From assembly GCA_002269645.1 (NCBI GenBank), contig NIVC01000725.1, positions 1 through 64,000 of the forward strand: a stretch of DNA of 64,000 nucleotides. Direction: 5' to 3'. Source of the stretch: Macrostomum lignano (lineage: Eukaryota). A program made the position numbers and the translations under genes. The notes below the pieces were generated by a model that had not been told where the DNA came from, did not search any database, and worked only from the letters and a program-made list of their open reading frames with translations. Each line of letters opens with the position of its first letter. The stretch's first letter is position 1. This document shows positions 43,556 through 56,500 of this stretch, one piece after another.

Positions 43556-44014
43556 ATTGTATTCTTAGGTAGAGTTTGAAGGTTGAACACATTTAATTAA
43601 TGAGTTAATAGTCAAACCGTGTTTACCCTATCGCACATACGTTTAGCATTTATTTCATCCTAATTAGTAGCGTAATGCCACTTGACAATATCCAATCAGC
43701 CAGTGACCTGCTAAAGTAGGTTGTCAAGCATTTCTGCTATTCTGGCTGTGTGCACTCGCATTGCACTGTTTCAGGTTGAATACAGCCTTGCGTGGTGCAG
43801 GCCATAATTAAATATGGAGTGTGCTCATCTGACTCCAATCGTTATATAGTTGATTTCATTAATTATGTTAGACTAAACAATAGGTTCTATGATTATGAGT
43901 ACCTATTTTCGTTGACTTTCGCGTGATTAAAATTAATCTACAGCAGTGGCCAATAGAAAAGTATTTTTGCAGTAAACAACATTTATGTGCTAGTACAGGC
44001 AGTAGTAGATTTTC

Positions 44015-44370
44015 ACTGAACACGTTAGAATGTCACTGAACACGTTAAAATGTCACTGAACACGTTAGAATGTCACTGAACACGTTAGAATGTCACTGAA
44101 CACGTTAGAATGTCACTGAATACGTTAGAATGTCACTGAACACGTTAGAATGTCACTGAACACGTTAAAATGTCACTGAACACGTTAGAATGTCACTGAA
44201 CACGTTAAAATGTCACTGAACACGTTAGAATGTCACTGAACGCGTTAGAATGTCACTAAACAGGTTAAAATGTCACTGAACACGTTAGAATGTCACTGAA
44301 CACGTTAGAATGTCACTGAACGCGTTAGAATGTCACTGGACACGTTACAATGTCACTGAAAACTTTAGAA
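44015..44370 (+). repeat. Minisatellite, 20-bp unit AATGTCACTGAACACGTTAG, ~17 copies
   Basis: Seen directly. Confidence 0.95.
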
Positions 44371-44689
44371 TGTCACTTAATGCTTTATGACGTCACAAAG
44401 TACAGTAGGATGTCACTCAAAAATTGAGAACATTGCTGAAAGTCCTTCCACTGCCATCGAAGAAATCAGCTGAATAACTGCGAGGTCAATTGGGCATCGG
44501 AGAAGACAGAATTTCATCCAACATCTATTATAGTCAGATGTCAGAAGCAAGCAATACTACTGCTAGCTTCAAGTAGTACAATGCAGTTTTTAAACCTTTT
44601 AAAGTCCATAAAATCGAAGTCACTCAGAGTATCGTAGTTTCAAACTCTGCGTTAAAACTTGGCGCAATATTAAATTCTGTTAATTACAG

Positions 44690-45330
44690 TAACTTTTCGC
44701 CACCTGAAATAAAATTAAATAACTTTGGTGCCACCTGAAATCCAATTAAATAATCTTGGCGCCATCTGAAATACAATTAATTAATCTTGGCGCCACCTGA
44801 AATATGATTAATTAACTTTGGCGCCACCTGAAATACAATTTATTAACCTTGGCGCCACCTGAAGTACAATTAATTAACTTTGGCGCCACCTGAAATACAA
44901 TTAATTAACTTTGGCGCCACCTGAAATACAATTAATTAACTTTGGCGCCACCTGAAATAAAATTAATTAACTTTGGTGCCACCTGAAATCCAATTAAATA
45001 ATCTTGGCGCCATCTGAAATACAATTAATTAATCTTGGCGCCACCTGAAATATGATTAATTAACTTTGGCGCCACCTGAAATACAATTTATTAACCTTGG
45101 CGCCACCTGAAGTACAATTAATTAACTTTGGCGCCACCTGAAATACAATTAATTAACTTTGGCGCCACCTGAAATACAATTAATTAACTTTGGCGCCACC
45201 TGAAATACAATTAATTAACTTTGGCGCCACCTGAAGTACAATTAATTAACTTTGGCGCCACCTGAAATGCAATTAATTAACTTTGGCGCCACCTGAAATA
45301 CAATTGATTAACTTTGGCACAAACTGAAAT
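44690..45330 (+). repeat. Minisatellite, 31-bp unit GGCGCCACCTGAAATACAATTAATTAACTTT, ~20 copies, with a 248-bp (8-unit) internal duplication
   Basis: Variant markers recur 248 bp apart (CACCTGAAATAAAATT at 44701/44949; GCCATCTGAA at 44761/45009). Confidence 0.94.
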
Positions 45331-45729
45331 ACAGTTAGCTTCGGTGCCAACTCAAATAGAGTTAATTTGGCGTCTCCCAGGGCATAAAAATGAGCAGTTC
45401 TGAGTCAGTCATCATTTTTAAGGCCCCCACCCAGAGTACGCCGGCACCCCTTTGATTTCACGATGCAATCCGCGCAGTCCAAATCAAGTCAGCACTTCGC
45501 TTGCGTACAAAACCGATTATTAGCTAGGTCCCCCCTCATCCCCCACCCCAGACCGCCGCCACCCCTCAGCCGCCAGCCAATTAGAAACGAGCAAGTCCTC
45601 CGATAACATCAGCCATTGACCATAAGTTAATTAAAATAGGAACGGCTTGTTTTTTAGGCCCTCGGAAAGACGGAGAGACAACAAACTCATTGTGACAATT
45701 AAAAGACTGCAATAACGTATTTTCCCAGA

Positions 45730-48700
45730 ATGCAGCAGCAGCAGCAGCAGCAGACAAACTTAAAACGCACCGTTCGGGTCAGATTTTATCGCAACGGCGA
45801 CTCGCACTATTCGGGATTCCAGATGGCCTTGACTGCAGAGCGCTATCGAACATTCGAAGCACTGCTGGACGACCTGACCCGAGGCCCGGTGTGCAATCGC
45901 AACGTCCTGCCGCAGGGAGTTCGATACCTGTTCGAGGCGCAGACAGGTAGACGAGTTCGAGGTTTGCAAGATTTTATCGAAGGCGGCAGCTACGTGTGCG
46001 CTTCGTTTGAGCAGCTGAAGAAGCTGAATTATGGAGCTGCTGCTGCTAAAAAGCAGAAGGCTGCCAATGGAAATGGCCCGCAGCAGCAGCTGCCAGCAGC
46101 TCCGTCATCTTCAGCATCCGCATCGGCTGCAACTCGAGGCCGCATCGCCGTGATTCTGCCCGGCGGCGGGGTGCCGAGGCCACGCCGCCCAGCTCGAGTC
46201 CTGCTCAACAGTCGGACGGCGAAATCGTTCGACAGAGTGATGGCCGACATCAGTCAGGCTGCCCGACTGCCCGGCGGAGCTGTCAGACGGCTGTATAGAT
46301 TGGATGACAGGAGACTGGTGAGTGAAACCCCTTGGAGTGAAACCCCTTTGGAGTGAAACCCCTTGGAGTGAAACCCCTTGGCAGTGAAACCCTTTGGGAG
46401 TGAAACCCTTTGGGAGTGAAACCCCTGGGAGTGAAACCCCTGGGAGTGAAACCCCTGGGAGTGAAACCCCTGGGAGTGAAAACCCTGGGAGTGAAACCCC
46501 TGGGAGTGAAACCCCTGGGAGTGAAACCCCTGGGAGTGAAACCCTCTGGAGTGAAACTCCTTGGGAGTGAAACCCCTTGAGACTGAAGCCCCTTGGGAGT
46601 GAAACCCTCTGGAGTGAAACCCTTTGGAGTGAAACCCTTTGGAGTGAAACCCTTTGGAGTGAAACCCTTTGGAGTGAAACCCTTTGGAGTCAAACCCTTT
46701 GGAGTGAAAATCTTTGGAGTGAAACCCTTTTGGAGTCAAACCCTTTGGAGTGAAACCCTTTGGAGTGAAACCCTCTGGAGTGAAACTCCTTGGGAGTGAA
46801 ACTCAGCAGTGACACAGGCACAGCTGGGGTGACAGCTAGAGTGACGAGTGTCAGCTGAAGTTACACCGTGAGACCTTAATAGTTAAAGTATTGAGCAGTG
46901 GAGAACATGTTATTTTCCCACTAATCTAGAACTAATTTAATTCATAAATTAAAACAAAAATTTTGGATTCTATACAGGTTACCTGCCTCGAGGACTTCTT
47001 TGCTGACGCCAGCGTGTTTGTTGCCTATGGCAACGAGAAGCTAAACAATGCTGATTTTGTATTGGACGAGCAGGGTAAGGCAAATTTGATTGATTAGTTC
47101 TGGGTGCTTTTTTATATTATTCAAGTGGATAGCTAATCTAGCCAATGATTAGAGTGGATTGCTAATCTAGCCAATGATTAGAGTGGATTGCTAATCTAGC
47201 CAATGATTAGAGTGAATTGCTAATCTAGCCAATGATTAGAGTGGATTGCTAATCTAGCCAATGATTAGAGTGAATTGCTAATCTAGCCAATGATTAGAGT
47301 GGATTGCTAATCTAGCCAATGATTAAGGTGGATTGCTAATCTAGCCAATGATTAGAGTGGATTGCTAATCTAGCCAATGATTAGAGTGGATTGCTAATCT
47401 AGCCAATGATTACAGTGTACTGCGATTTAAGATGTTAAGTCTATTTTTAAGGCTACAAATCAATATAATATACAGTCCTATCAAAAAAGCAATACTTTAT
47501 TCACAATGACTCACGCGGTGCCTCTTCAACTCTTTGATCATTCATTCTCTTGAGCAGATTCCTACTTAAGACTCTGTGATGTGGCCTAGAATAGTTGACA
47601 AAGATGGATAAAGCTCTCAAAAGCAGCTGCCAACCTCCATTCGACCCAATGCTAGTATGACGTCATCGAACAGCCGACCAGGTATAGAAAATTAGCGATG
47701 ACACATACAAGTAAAGCTAACTAACTAAGAGAAAATATGAAGCCGCATTGGAAGGTCGTTGAGGTGTCTCAAGTCTCAAATATTATTGCATAACACTATC
47801 GAGAATGGATTTGATCCAACTTCTGAGATCTCACTTTATGCTGCATTATCAGGTTACGTAATAGGCTCTGCTGAGCGTTATGTTTTGCCGAGAGTGAGTC
47901 AGATAGTCAGTCAGAGCAGGTTTACTCGGGCGAATATCTGTGTGGAGTCACAGAATCAGACTGTGCAAATGTCTGGGTCAGTTTGATATGAAGAAATTTT
48001 CCAGGACTGAGAGTCCTTTATCTCATCTTATGTAATGTAATGCACTGTGTCTCATCTCTGCTTATCGTGTCTCATCTCTTCTCACCGTGTCTCATCTCTG
48101 CTTATTGTGTCTCATCTCTTCTCATCGTGTCTCATCTCTTCTCATCGTGTCTCATCTCTTCTCATCGTGTCTCATCTCTGCTTATCGTGTCTCATCTCTT
48201 CTCACCGTGTCTCATCTCTTCTCATCGTGTCTCATCTCTTCTCATCGTGTCTCATCTCTTCTCATCGTGTCTCATCTCTGCTTATCGTGTCTCATCTCTT
48301 CTCACCGTGTCTCATCTCTGCTTATTGTGTCTCATCTCTTCTCATCGTGTCTCATCTCTTCTCATCGTGTCTCATCTCTTCTCATCGTGTCTCATCTCTT
48401 CTCATCGTGTCTCATCTCTTCTCATCGTGTCTCATCTCTTCTCATCGTGTCTCATCTCTTCTCATCGTGTCTCATCTCTTCTCATCGTGTCTCATCTCTT
48501 CTCATCGTGTCTCATCTCTTCTCATCGTGTCTCATCTCTTCTCATCGTGTCTCATCTCTTCTCATCGTGTCTCATCTCTTCTCATCGTGTCTCATCTCTT
48601 CTCATCGTGTCTCATCTCTTCTCATCGTGTCTCATCTCTTCTCATCGTGTCTCATCTCTTCTCATCGTGTCTCATCTCTTCTCATCGTGTCTCATCTCTT

Positions 48701-50508
48701 CTCATCGTGTCTGATCTATTCTCATCGTGTCTGATCTATTCTCATCGTGTCTTATCTCTTCTCATCGTGTCTTATCTCACGTCATCCCATTGTGTCTCAT
48801 CTCATCTAATCTCATCGCATCTCATCCTAATCGTGTCTCATCTCACCCATACTACATAATCTCGCCTATCATGTTTTGTATCATCGCGGAATTCAAACAT
48901 GCTCGCTCTATAGTCTCGCTTTTTAACTCGCTTTTGTTTGTTTTTATGAGTGTTTTTAATACTTATAATTTTTTTCTAAATGGTTTGTTTAACCCGCAGA
49001 CAACAAGTTCATCAACGCCAACGTCAGGTCCCAGCATAACAACCGCACTCGAGCCAATTCAACAGGTGAGAAACCGAGACTGGAGAATTACTTTCTAGTT
49101 TCCATGCGTTATACCTGCAACATCGTGTATCTATCTATCTCATCCTATCGCTAAAGTCATGCCTACCATCTTGGCGCTAAATTGGCGCTGAAGTCATACC
49201 TGCCATTTTGACGCTAAATTGGCGCTGAAGTCATACCTGCCATTTTGGCGCTAAATTGGCGCTGAAGTCATTCCTGCCATTTCGGCGCTAACATCCTCTT
49301 TTTAGTGACTGGGAACTGGGACTCTTTTGCCCTACCTTGGGGACAAAGCTTTTTTCCGAGGCACCTGCTTATTGCTATTGATTTTTCCTATGGAAACAAG
49401 CGCGCGTTGAACTCGACGAAATTTTCGCATTTCAGGCCCAGACACTCCGGCTGTCTCTCTGAAGCCGCCATCGATAAAGGTAAGAAAAAATTTGAAGTAG
49501 CATTTGCTATCGTCATATTTAAGTTTAACAAAAAACTGGGCCGTTTTTGAACAAGGGGCCACAGGGGTCATACAGCAACTACGATCCAATTTTATAATGA
49601 ATTGAACTAAACTACGAGTATAAACCTTGTTTAAATCTGTTTAAATTTGTTAAAATCTGTTTAAATCATGAATTTTTTTCATGAACTCCGTCGAGACCAG
49701 CCGATTGGGCATTTCTTAGAAACTCGCAGGGTTTTAAATTGAGGCTGAAGTTCCAGTTTTTTTTTGGTTTCTTGGCTCGCCACTCAACGCCCCAGAAGTT
49801 TTTTTCTTTTTTTTCAATTAAGAAATTTCCCTACAAAATAAGAAGAAACGGCAAATCGAAGAGTGTCGAGCACGAGCATAATGCAACTAGAAAGAAATTG
49901 TTGCGCTTTTCAAGCTACTTGAGCGCACTGCGGTGCAGGAAATTCTGTACCTGGGAAACGGTTTCAGCTACACCTTGTGGCGCTGCAGAGGTAACCTTAT
50001 TAAGGAGAAATTGCTACTTAAAGGTAGAATTTGCGCAGGAGAAGTGAAGTCTGCTTTTCGGTATAAAATAATATTTAATTGGCCGGATTTTTGTATGAAT
50101 GTAGCTCTCTGCAGGCTAGAGGGGGCTGATCCTATTGAACCTGTCTGCAACCTGTTTGCTTCCAAGGCGCAGCAGAGGCGGATGCACAGCTCTTCGCCGT
50201 TGCTTGAAGAGCAACAAACCGGAACTGCGCCAGATGAGGAAGTCAGCGAGCCGGAAGTGCAGCAGCCTGGAACACCGTCTGCTTCTTCAACGATATCCTC
50301 CACTGTTGCGGCCAATCGGCCGCTTAGCAACGGGAAGCTGAGCGCTTCATCGCGCTGCTCTAATAGAGAATTTAGCGATGCTGTCGCCCAGGCGGAGCAG
50401 TCCTTTGACCGGCTGACCGACCAGATCTCTGCGGAGTTGGCTTCGTCTGCCAGCCTCAATGGCAGCTGCGGCGGCAGACAGGAGTTGATGAAGCCGACAA
50501 CTGGCTGA
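45730..50508 (+). CDS. DCX: Doublecortin/DCLK-family microtubule-associated protein with two DCX domains and no kinase, ~378 aa. Exons 45730-46317, 46978-47074, 49000-49065, 49436-49479, ~50167-50508
   Basis: DCX1: VRFYRNGD..RTFEALLDDLTR..LPQGVRY..GGSYVCAS. DCX2: PRRPARVLLNSRTAKSFDRVMADISQA..AVRRLYRLD-VTCLEDFF...VFVAYGNEK. Junctions are GT-AG and phases match (0,1,1,0). The last acceptor could be 50167 or 50173. Confidence 0.9.
46318..46803 (+). repeat. Intronic minisatellite, 15-16-bp unit CCTTTGGAGTGAAAC, ~31 copies, starting at the splice donor
   Basis: Seen directly. Confidence 0.95.
47122..47412 (+). repeat. Intronic minisatellite, 29-bp unit GGATTGCTAATCTAGCCAATGATTAGAGT, ~10 copies
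   Basis: Seen directly. Confidence 0.95.
48040..48850 (+). repeat. Intronic minisatellite, 20-bp unit CTCATCTCTTCTCATCGTGT, ~38 copies
   Basis: Seen directly. Explains the SHL/SSC-repeat ORFs. Confidence 0.96.
49165..49290 (+). repeat. Short array, 37-bp unit TGCCATTTTGGCGCTAAATTGGCGCTGAAGTCATACC, ~3.5 copies
   Basis: Seen directly. Confidence 0.85.
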
Positions 50509-50525
50509 TCGGCGAAATGGCTCAG

Positions 50526-53500
50526 ATGGATTGCTAGTCTAGCCTATGAGCGAAGGAACGATGGATTGCTAGTCTAGCCTATGAGCGAAGGAATGGTGGA
50601 TTGCTAGTCTAGCCTATGAGCGAGGGAATGATGGATTGCTAGTCTAGCCTATGAGCGAAGGATGATGGATTGCTAGTCTAGCCTATGAGCGAAGGAACGA
50701 TGGATTGCTAGTCTAGCCTATGAGCGAGGGAATGGTGGATTGCTAGTCTAGCCTATGAGCGAAGGAATGATGGATTGCTAGTCTAGCCTATGAGCGAAGG
50801 AATGATGGGTTGCTAGTCTAGCCTATGAGCGAAGGAATAATGGATTGCTAGTCTAGCCTATGAGCGAGGGAATAATGGATTGCTAGTCTAGCCTATGAGC
50901 GAGGGAATAATGGATTGCTAGTCTAGCCTATGAGCGAGGGAATAATGGATTGCTAGTCTAGCCTATGAGCGAAGGAATAATGGATTGCTAGTCTAGCCTA
51001 TGAGCGAAGGAATGATGGATTGCTAGTCTAGCCTATGAGCGAAGGAATGATGGATTGCTAGTCTAGCCTATGAGCGAAGGAATGATGGATTGCTAGTCTA
51101 GCCTATGAGCGAAGGAATGATGGATTGCTAGTCTAGCCTATGAGCGAAGGAATGATGGATTGCTAGTCTAGCCTATGAGCGAGGGAATAATGGATTGCTA
51201 GTCTAGCCTATGAGCGAGGGAATAATGGATTGCTAGTCTAGCCTATGAGCGAGGGAATAATGGATTGCTAGTCTAGCCTATGAGCGAGGGAATAATGGAT
51301 TGCTAGTCTAGCCTATGAGCGAGGGAATAATGGATTGCTAGTCTAGCCTATGAGCGAGGGAATAATGGATTGCTAGTCTAGCCTATGAGCGAAGGATGAT
51401 GGATTGCTAGTCTAGCCTATGAGCGAGGGAATAATGGATTGCTAGTCTAGCCTATGAGCGAGGGAATGATGGATTGCTAGTCTAGCCTATGAGCGAGGGA
51501 ATAATGGACTGCTAGTCTAGCCTATGAGCGAGGGAATAATGGATTGCTACTCTAGCCTATGAGCGAAGGAATGATGGATTGCTAGTCTAGCCTATGAGCG
51601 AGGGAATAATGGATTGCTAGTCTAGCCTATGAGCGAGGGAATGATGGATTGCTAGTCTAGCCTATGAGCGAGGGAATAATGGATTGCTAGTCTAGCCTAT
51701 GAGCGAGGGAATAATGGATTGCTAGTCTAGCCTATGAGCGAGGGAATAATGGATTGCTAGTCTAGCCTATGAGCGAGGGAATGATGGATTGCTAGTCTAG
51801 CCTATGAGCGAAGGAATGATGGATTGCTAGTCTAGCCTATGAGCGAGGGAATAATGGATTGCTAGTCTAGCCTATGAGCGAGGGAATAATGGATTGCTAG
51901 TCTAGCCTATGAGCGAGGGAATAATGGATTGCTAGTCTAGCCTATGAGCGAGGGAATAATGGATTGCTAGTCTAGCCTATGAGCGAGGGAATAATGGATT
52001 GCTAGTCTAGCCTATGAGCGAGGGAATAATGGATTGCTAGTCTAGCCTATGAGCGAGGGAATAATGGATTGCTAGTCTAGCCTATGAGCGAAGGATGATG
52101 GATTGCTAGTCTAGCCTATGAGCGAGGGAATAATGGATTGCTAGTCTAGCCTATGAGCGAGGGAATAATGGATTGCTAGTCTAGCCTATGAGCGAGGGAA
52201 TAATGGATTGCTAGTCTAGCCTATGAGCGAGGGAATAATGGATTGCTACTCTAGCCTATGAGCGAAGGAATGATGGATTGCTAGTCTAGCCTATGAGCGA
52301 GGGAATAATGGATTGCTAGTCTAGCCTATGAGCGAGGGAATGATGGATTGCTAGTCTAGCCTATGAGCGAGGGAATAATGGATTGCTAGTCTAGCCTATG
52401 AGCGAGGGAATAATGGATTGCTAGTCTAGCCTATGAGCGAGGGAATAATGGATTGCTAGTCTATCCTATGAGCGAGGGAATAATGGATTGCTAGTCTAGC
52501 CTATGAGCGAAGGAATAATGGATTGCTAGTCTAGCCTATGAGCGAAGGAATAATGGATTGCTAGTCTAGCCTATGAGCGAAGGAATGATGGATTGCTAGT
52601 CTAGCCTATGAGCGAGGGGAATAATGGATTGCTAGTCTAGCCTATGAGCGAGGGAATAATGGATTGCTAGTCTAGCCTATGAGCGAGGGAATAATGGATT
52701 GCTAGTCTAGCCTATGAGCGAGGGAATAATGGATTGCTAGTCTAGCCTATGAGCAAGGGAATAATGGATTGCTAGTCTAGCCTATGAGCGAAGGATGATG
52801 GATTGCTAGTCTAGCCTATGAGCGAGGGAATAATGGATTGCTAGTCTAGCCTATGAGCGAGGGAATGATGGATTGCTAGTCTAGCCTATGAGCGAGGGAA
52901 TAATGGATTGCTAGTCTAGCCTATGAGCGAGGGAATAATGGATTGCTACTCTAGCCTATGAGCGAAGGAATGATGGATTGCTAGTCTAGCCTATGAGCGA
53001 GGGAATAATGGATTGCTAGTCTAGCCTATGAGCGAGGGAATGATGGATTGCTAGTCTAGCCTATGAGCGAGGGAATAATGGATTGCTAGTCTAGCCTATG
53101 AGCGAGGGAATAATGGATTGCTAGTCTAGCCTATGAGCGAGGGAATAATGGATTGCTAGTCTAGCCTATGAGCGAGGGAATGATGGATTGCTAGTCTAGC
53201 CTATGAGCGAAGGAATGATGGATTGCTAGTCTAGCCTATGAGCGAGGGAATAATGGATTGCTAGTCTAGCCTATGAGCGAGGGAATAATGGATTGCTAGT
53301 CTAGCCTATGAGCGAGGGAATAATGGATTGCTAGTCTAGCCTATGAGCGAGGGAATAATGGATTGCTAGTCTAGCCTATGAGCGAGGGAATAATGGATTG
53401 CTAGTCTAGCCTATGAGCGAGGGAATAATGGATTGCTAGTCTAGCCTATGAGCGAGGGAATAATGGATTGCTAGTCTAGCCTATGAGCGAAGGAATGATG

Positions 53501-56500
53501 GATTGCTGGTCTAGCCTATGAGCGAGGGAATAATGGATTGCTAGTCTAGCCTATGAGCGAGGGAGTAATGGATTGCTAGTCTAGCCTATGAGCGAGGGAA
53601 TAATGGATTGCTAGTCTAGCCTATGAGCGAGGGAATAATGGATTGCTAGTCTAGCCTATGAGCGAGGGAATGATGGATTGCTAGTCAAGCCTATGAGCGA
53701 GGGAATAATGGATTGCTAGTCTAGCCTATGAGCGAGGGAATAATGGATTGCTAGTCTAGCCTATGAGCGAAGGATGATGGATTGCTAGTCTAGCCTATGA
53801 GCGAGGGAATAATGGATTGCTACTCTAGCCTATGAGCGAGGGAATGATGGATTGCTAGTCTAGCCTATGAGCGAGGGAATAATGGATTGCTAGTCTAGCC
53901 TATGAGCGAGGGAATAATGGATTGCTACTCTAGCCTATGAGCGAAGGAATGATGGATTGCTAGTCTAGCCTATGAGCGAGGGAATAATGGATTGCTAGTC
54001 TAGCCTATGAGCGAGGGAATGATGGATTGCTAGTCTAGCCTATGAGCGAGGGAATAATGGATTGCTAGTCTAGCCTATGAGCGAGGGAATAATGGATTGC
54101 TAGTCTAGCCTATCAGCGAGGGAATAATGGATTGCTAGTCTAGCCTATGAGCGAGGGAATAATGGATTGCTAGTCTAGCCTATGAGCGAAGGAATGATGG
54201 ATTGCTAGTCTAGCCTATGAGCGAGGGAATAATGGATTGCTAGTCTAGCCTATGAGCGAGGGAATAATGGATTGCTAGTCTAGCCTATGAGCGAGGGAAT
54301 AATGGATTGCTAGTCTAGCCTATGAGCGAGGGAATAATGGATTGCTAGTCTAGCCTATGAGCGAGGGAATAATGGATTGCTAGTCTAGCCTATGAGCGAG
54401 GGAATAATGGATTGCTAGTCTAGCCTATGAGCGAGGGAATAATGGATTGCTAGTCTAGCCTATGAGCGAAGGATGATGGATTGCTAGTCTAGCCTATGAG
54501 CGAGGGAATAATGGATTGCTAGTCTAGCCTATGAGCGAGGGAATGATGGATTGCTAGTCTAGCCTATGAGCGAGGGAATAATGGATTGCTAGTCTAGCCT
54601 ATGAGCGAGGGAATAATGGATTGCTACTCTAGCCTATGAGCGAAGGAATGATGGATTGCTAGTCTAGCCTATGAGCGAGGGAATAATGGATTGCTAGTCT
54701 AGCCTATGAGCGAGGGAATGATGGATTGCTAGTCTAGCCTATGAGCGAGGGAATAATGGATTGCTAGTCTAGCCTATGAGCGAGGGAATAATGGATTGCT
54801 AGTCTAGCCTATGAGCGAGGGAATAATGGATTGCTAGTCTAGCCTATGAGCGAGGGAATAATGGATTGCTAGTCTAGCCTATGAGCGAGGGAATAATGGA
54901 TTGCTAGTCTAGCCTATGAGCGAAGGAATAATGGATTGCTAGTCTAGCCTATGAGCGAAGGAATAATGGATTGCTAGTCTAGCCTATGAGCGAAGGAATG
55001 ATGGATTGCTAGTCTAGCCTATGAGCGAGGGAATAATGGATTGCTAGTCTAGCCTATGAGCGAGGGAATGATGGATTGCTAGTCTAGCCTATGAGCGAAG
55101 GAATGATGGATTGCTAGTCTAGCCTATGAGCGAGGGAATAATGGATTGCTAGTCTAGCCTATGAGCGAGGGAATAATGGATTGCTAGTCTAGCCTATGAG
55201 CGAGGGAATAATGGATTGCTAGTCTAGCCTATGAGCGAAGGAATGATGGATTGCTAGTCTAGCCTATGAGCGAGGGAATAATGGATTGCTAGTCTAGCCT
55301 ATGAGCGAGGGAATAATGGATTGCTAGTCTAGCCTATGAGCGAAGGAATAATGGATTGCTAGTCTAGCCTATGAGCGAAGGAATAATGGATTGCTAGTCT
55401 AGCCTATGAGCGAAGGAATGATGGATTGCTAGTCTAGCCTATGAGCGAGGGAATAATGGATTGCTAGTCTAGCCTATGAGCGAGGGAATAATGGATTGCT
55501 AGTCTAGCCTATGAGCGAGGGAATAATGGATTGCTAGTCTAGCCTATGAGCGAGGGAATAATGGATTGCTAGTCTAGCCTATGAGCAAGGGAATAATGGA
55601 TTGCTAGTCTAGCCTATGAGCGAAGGATGATGGATTGCTAGTCTAGCCTATGAGCGAGGGAATAATGGATTGCTAGTCTAGCCTATGAGCGAGGGAATGA
55701 TGGATTGCTAGTCTAGCCTATGAGCGAGGGAATAATGGATTGCTAGTCTAGCCTATGAGCGAGGGAATAATGGATTGCTACTCTAGCCTATGAGCGAAGG
55801 AATGATGGATTGCTAGTCTAGCCTATGAGCGAGGGAATAATGGATTGCTAGTCTAGCCTATGAGCGAGGGAATGATGGATTGCTAGTCTAGCCTATGAGC
55901 GAGGGAATAATGGATTGCTAGTCTAGCCTATGAGCGAGGGAATAATGGATTGCTAGTCTAGCCTATGAGCGAGGGAATAATGGATTGCTAGTCTAGCCTA
56001 TGAGCGAGGGAATGATGGATTGCTAGTCTAGCCTATGAGCGAAGGAATGATGGATTGCTAGTCTAGCCTATGAGCGAGGGAATAATGGATTGCTAGTCTA
56101 GCCTATGAGCGAGGGAATAATGGATTGCTAGTCTAGCCTATGAGCGAGGGAATAATGGATTGCTACTCTAGCCTATGAGCGAGGGAATAATGGATTGCTA
56201 GTCTAGCCTATGAGCGAGGGAATAATGGATTGCTAGTCTAGCCTATGAGCGAGGGAATAATGGATTGCTAGTCTAGCCTATGAGCGAGGGAATAATGGAT
56301 TGCTAGTCTAGCCTATGAGCGAAGGAATGATGGATTGCTAGTCTAGCCTATGAGCGAGGGAATAATGGATTGCTAGTCTAGCCTATGAGCGAGGGAGTAA
56401 TGGATTGCTAGTCTAGCCTATGAGCGAGGGAATAATGGATTGCTAGTCTAGCCTATGAGCGAGGGAATAATGGATTGCTAGTCTAGCCTATGAGCGAGGG

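Noticed and set aside
46254-46799. GFHSQ/GFTPR pentapeptide-repeat ORFs
   Set aside because: They lie in DCX intron 1, the array has frame-breaking indels, and there is no signal peptide or dibasic cleavage pattern.
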